Assembly: GCA_036785375.1 (NCBI GenBank)
Contig: JAWMAR010000363.1
Coordinates: forward strand, 1,116,001 to 1,180,000
Length of the DNA: 64,000 nt
Origin: Leucoraja ocellata
Lineage: Eukaryota
Reading direction: 5' to 3'
Made by a program: the position numbers and the translations under genes. Numbering within the stretch: position 1 is the first letter of the stretch; each line of letters opens with the position of its first letter. A model generated the notes under the pieces. It was not told the origin of the DNA, ran no database searches, and saw only the letters and a program-made list of their open reading frames with translations. Positions 62,781-64,000 of this stretch are shown one piece after another.

Positions 62781-64000
62781 AACTTATGAAACTAGTCCAA
62801 TTTACTCATGTTTGGCCCATATCCCTCTCAACCTTTCTTATCCATGTACCTGTCCAAATATCTGTTAAATGTTAAATTCATTTCCTCAGGCAGCCCATTC
62901 CATATGTCTACCTCTCTCTATATGAAAACGTTGCCCCTCAGGTTCCTGTTCAATCTCTACTCTCACTTTAAACCTATACCCTCTAGTTCTAATTTCTTCT
63001 ACACTGTTTAAAAGACTCTGTGCATCACCCCATCTATTCCCCTCATGATTTTATACACCTCTATAAGGGGTTAGATGGACACCCAAGGTGGTGCCCAACA
63101 TAGGCGACTATTTGCGTGCTTGCCACAGAAACAGATCCACAAGCCCGTATCACAATCGCTCCGCAATCTTAAATCTCGATTCCTCTACACACTGTAAATG
63201 CATTGATTGTAACGATGCATTGTTTTTCGCCGACTGGTTAGCACACAACAAAATCGTGACAATAAACTAAACTGAACTGAACTGAAGATCAACCCTCAAC
63301 CTCCTGCACTCCAAGGAGTAAAATCCTCGTTTGCTGAACCTCTTCCTATAGCTCGGGCGTTCGAGTCCAGGCCATAGCCTCGGAAATCATCTCTGCACTC
63401 TTTCCAGCTTAATGGCATCTTTCCTGTAGCTAGGTGAACAGAACTGAACATAATACTCCAAGTGCCTCCTCGCCAATGTCTCCTGACGTGTGTATCTGAA
63501 TATTGAGCACTGCTGTTGTCTGGGAGCCTTCTCCTGCTTCCCTGCAGCTTGTCTCTCCTTGGTGCGAGTCATAATGTCTGTTGCTGCAATCTGGTTGCCA
63601 TGGGGAAGGTGCCGTTAAAAGCCGACATCCTTTTCTGCATTCTGGCAGCAACAAAACGGGCCGTCACCCTGACATGAATGTGACCTGTCAGGAGCCTCAC
63701 AGCGCCAGAGACCCGGGTTTGTTGCTGACCTCGGTTGCTGCTGACTGAGCGGAGTTTACACATGTTTTTCTCTGTGGCCGCATGGGTTTCCGCCGGGGGC
63801 TCCGGTTTCCTCCCACATCCCAAAGAAGTGCAAATCTGAGAAAATGATGAGAAAATGAGATAGTATAAAACTAGCCATCGAAAACTAGTGAATGAGCGAT
63901 CGATGCTCAGCATGGACCCGGTGGGCTGAAGGGCCTGTTTCCGTGCTGTATCTCTAAACATTTGTTTTAATTGGCTATAAAGTTGACTATGAGCCCGTTT

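Overview
Eukaryotic, repeat-dense genomic DNA, most likely from a cartilaginous fish (skate/ray); this is inferred from HE1-like V-SINEs and their CR1 partner LINE. The only host gene I can support is three internal + strand exons of a Groucho/TLE corepressor, most TLE2-like: 14247-14321, 16052-16247 and a 23-nt micro-exon at 19358-19380. They cover the end of the Q domain and the GP domain. No CcN/SP/WD40 exons were recognised in the following 44 kb, so the rest is a long intron, apart from a 161-N gap. The introns hold about 30 V-SINEs, CR1, L2, Rex1/Babar and Penelope (GIY-YIG) fragments, Harbinger-type MITEs, a 1044-bp TIR element with a 7-bp TSD and a 225-bp miniature LTR element. The two most notable signals: (1) roughly 40 or more copies (eye count) of a Penelope-derived terminus carrying a short-stem-III hammerhead ribozyme motif, often as fold-back pairs and once captured inside a Harbinger MITE family; (2) a family of ~0.8-0.9 kb non-coding, non-tRNA retroposons with two structurally conserved 3' hairpins. 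Nearly all ORFs in the supplied track are spurious or repeat-derived. Repeat boundaries were read by eye and are approximate unless a TSD is quoted.
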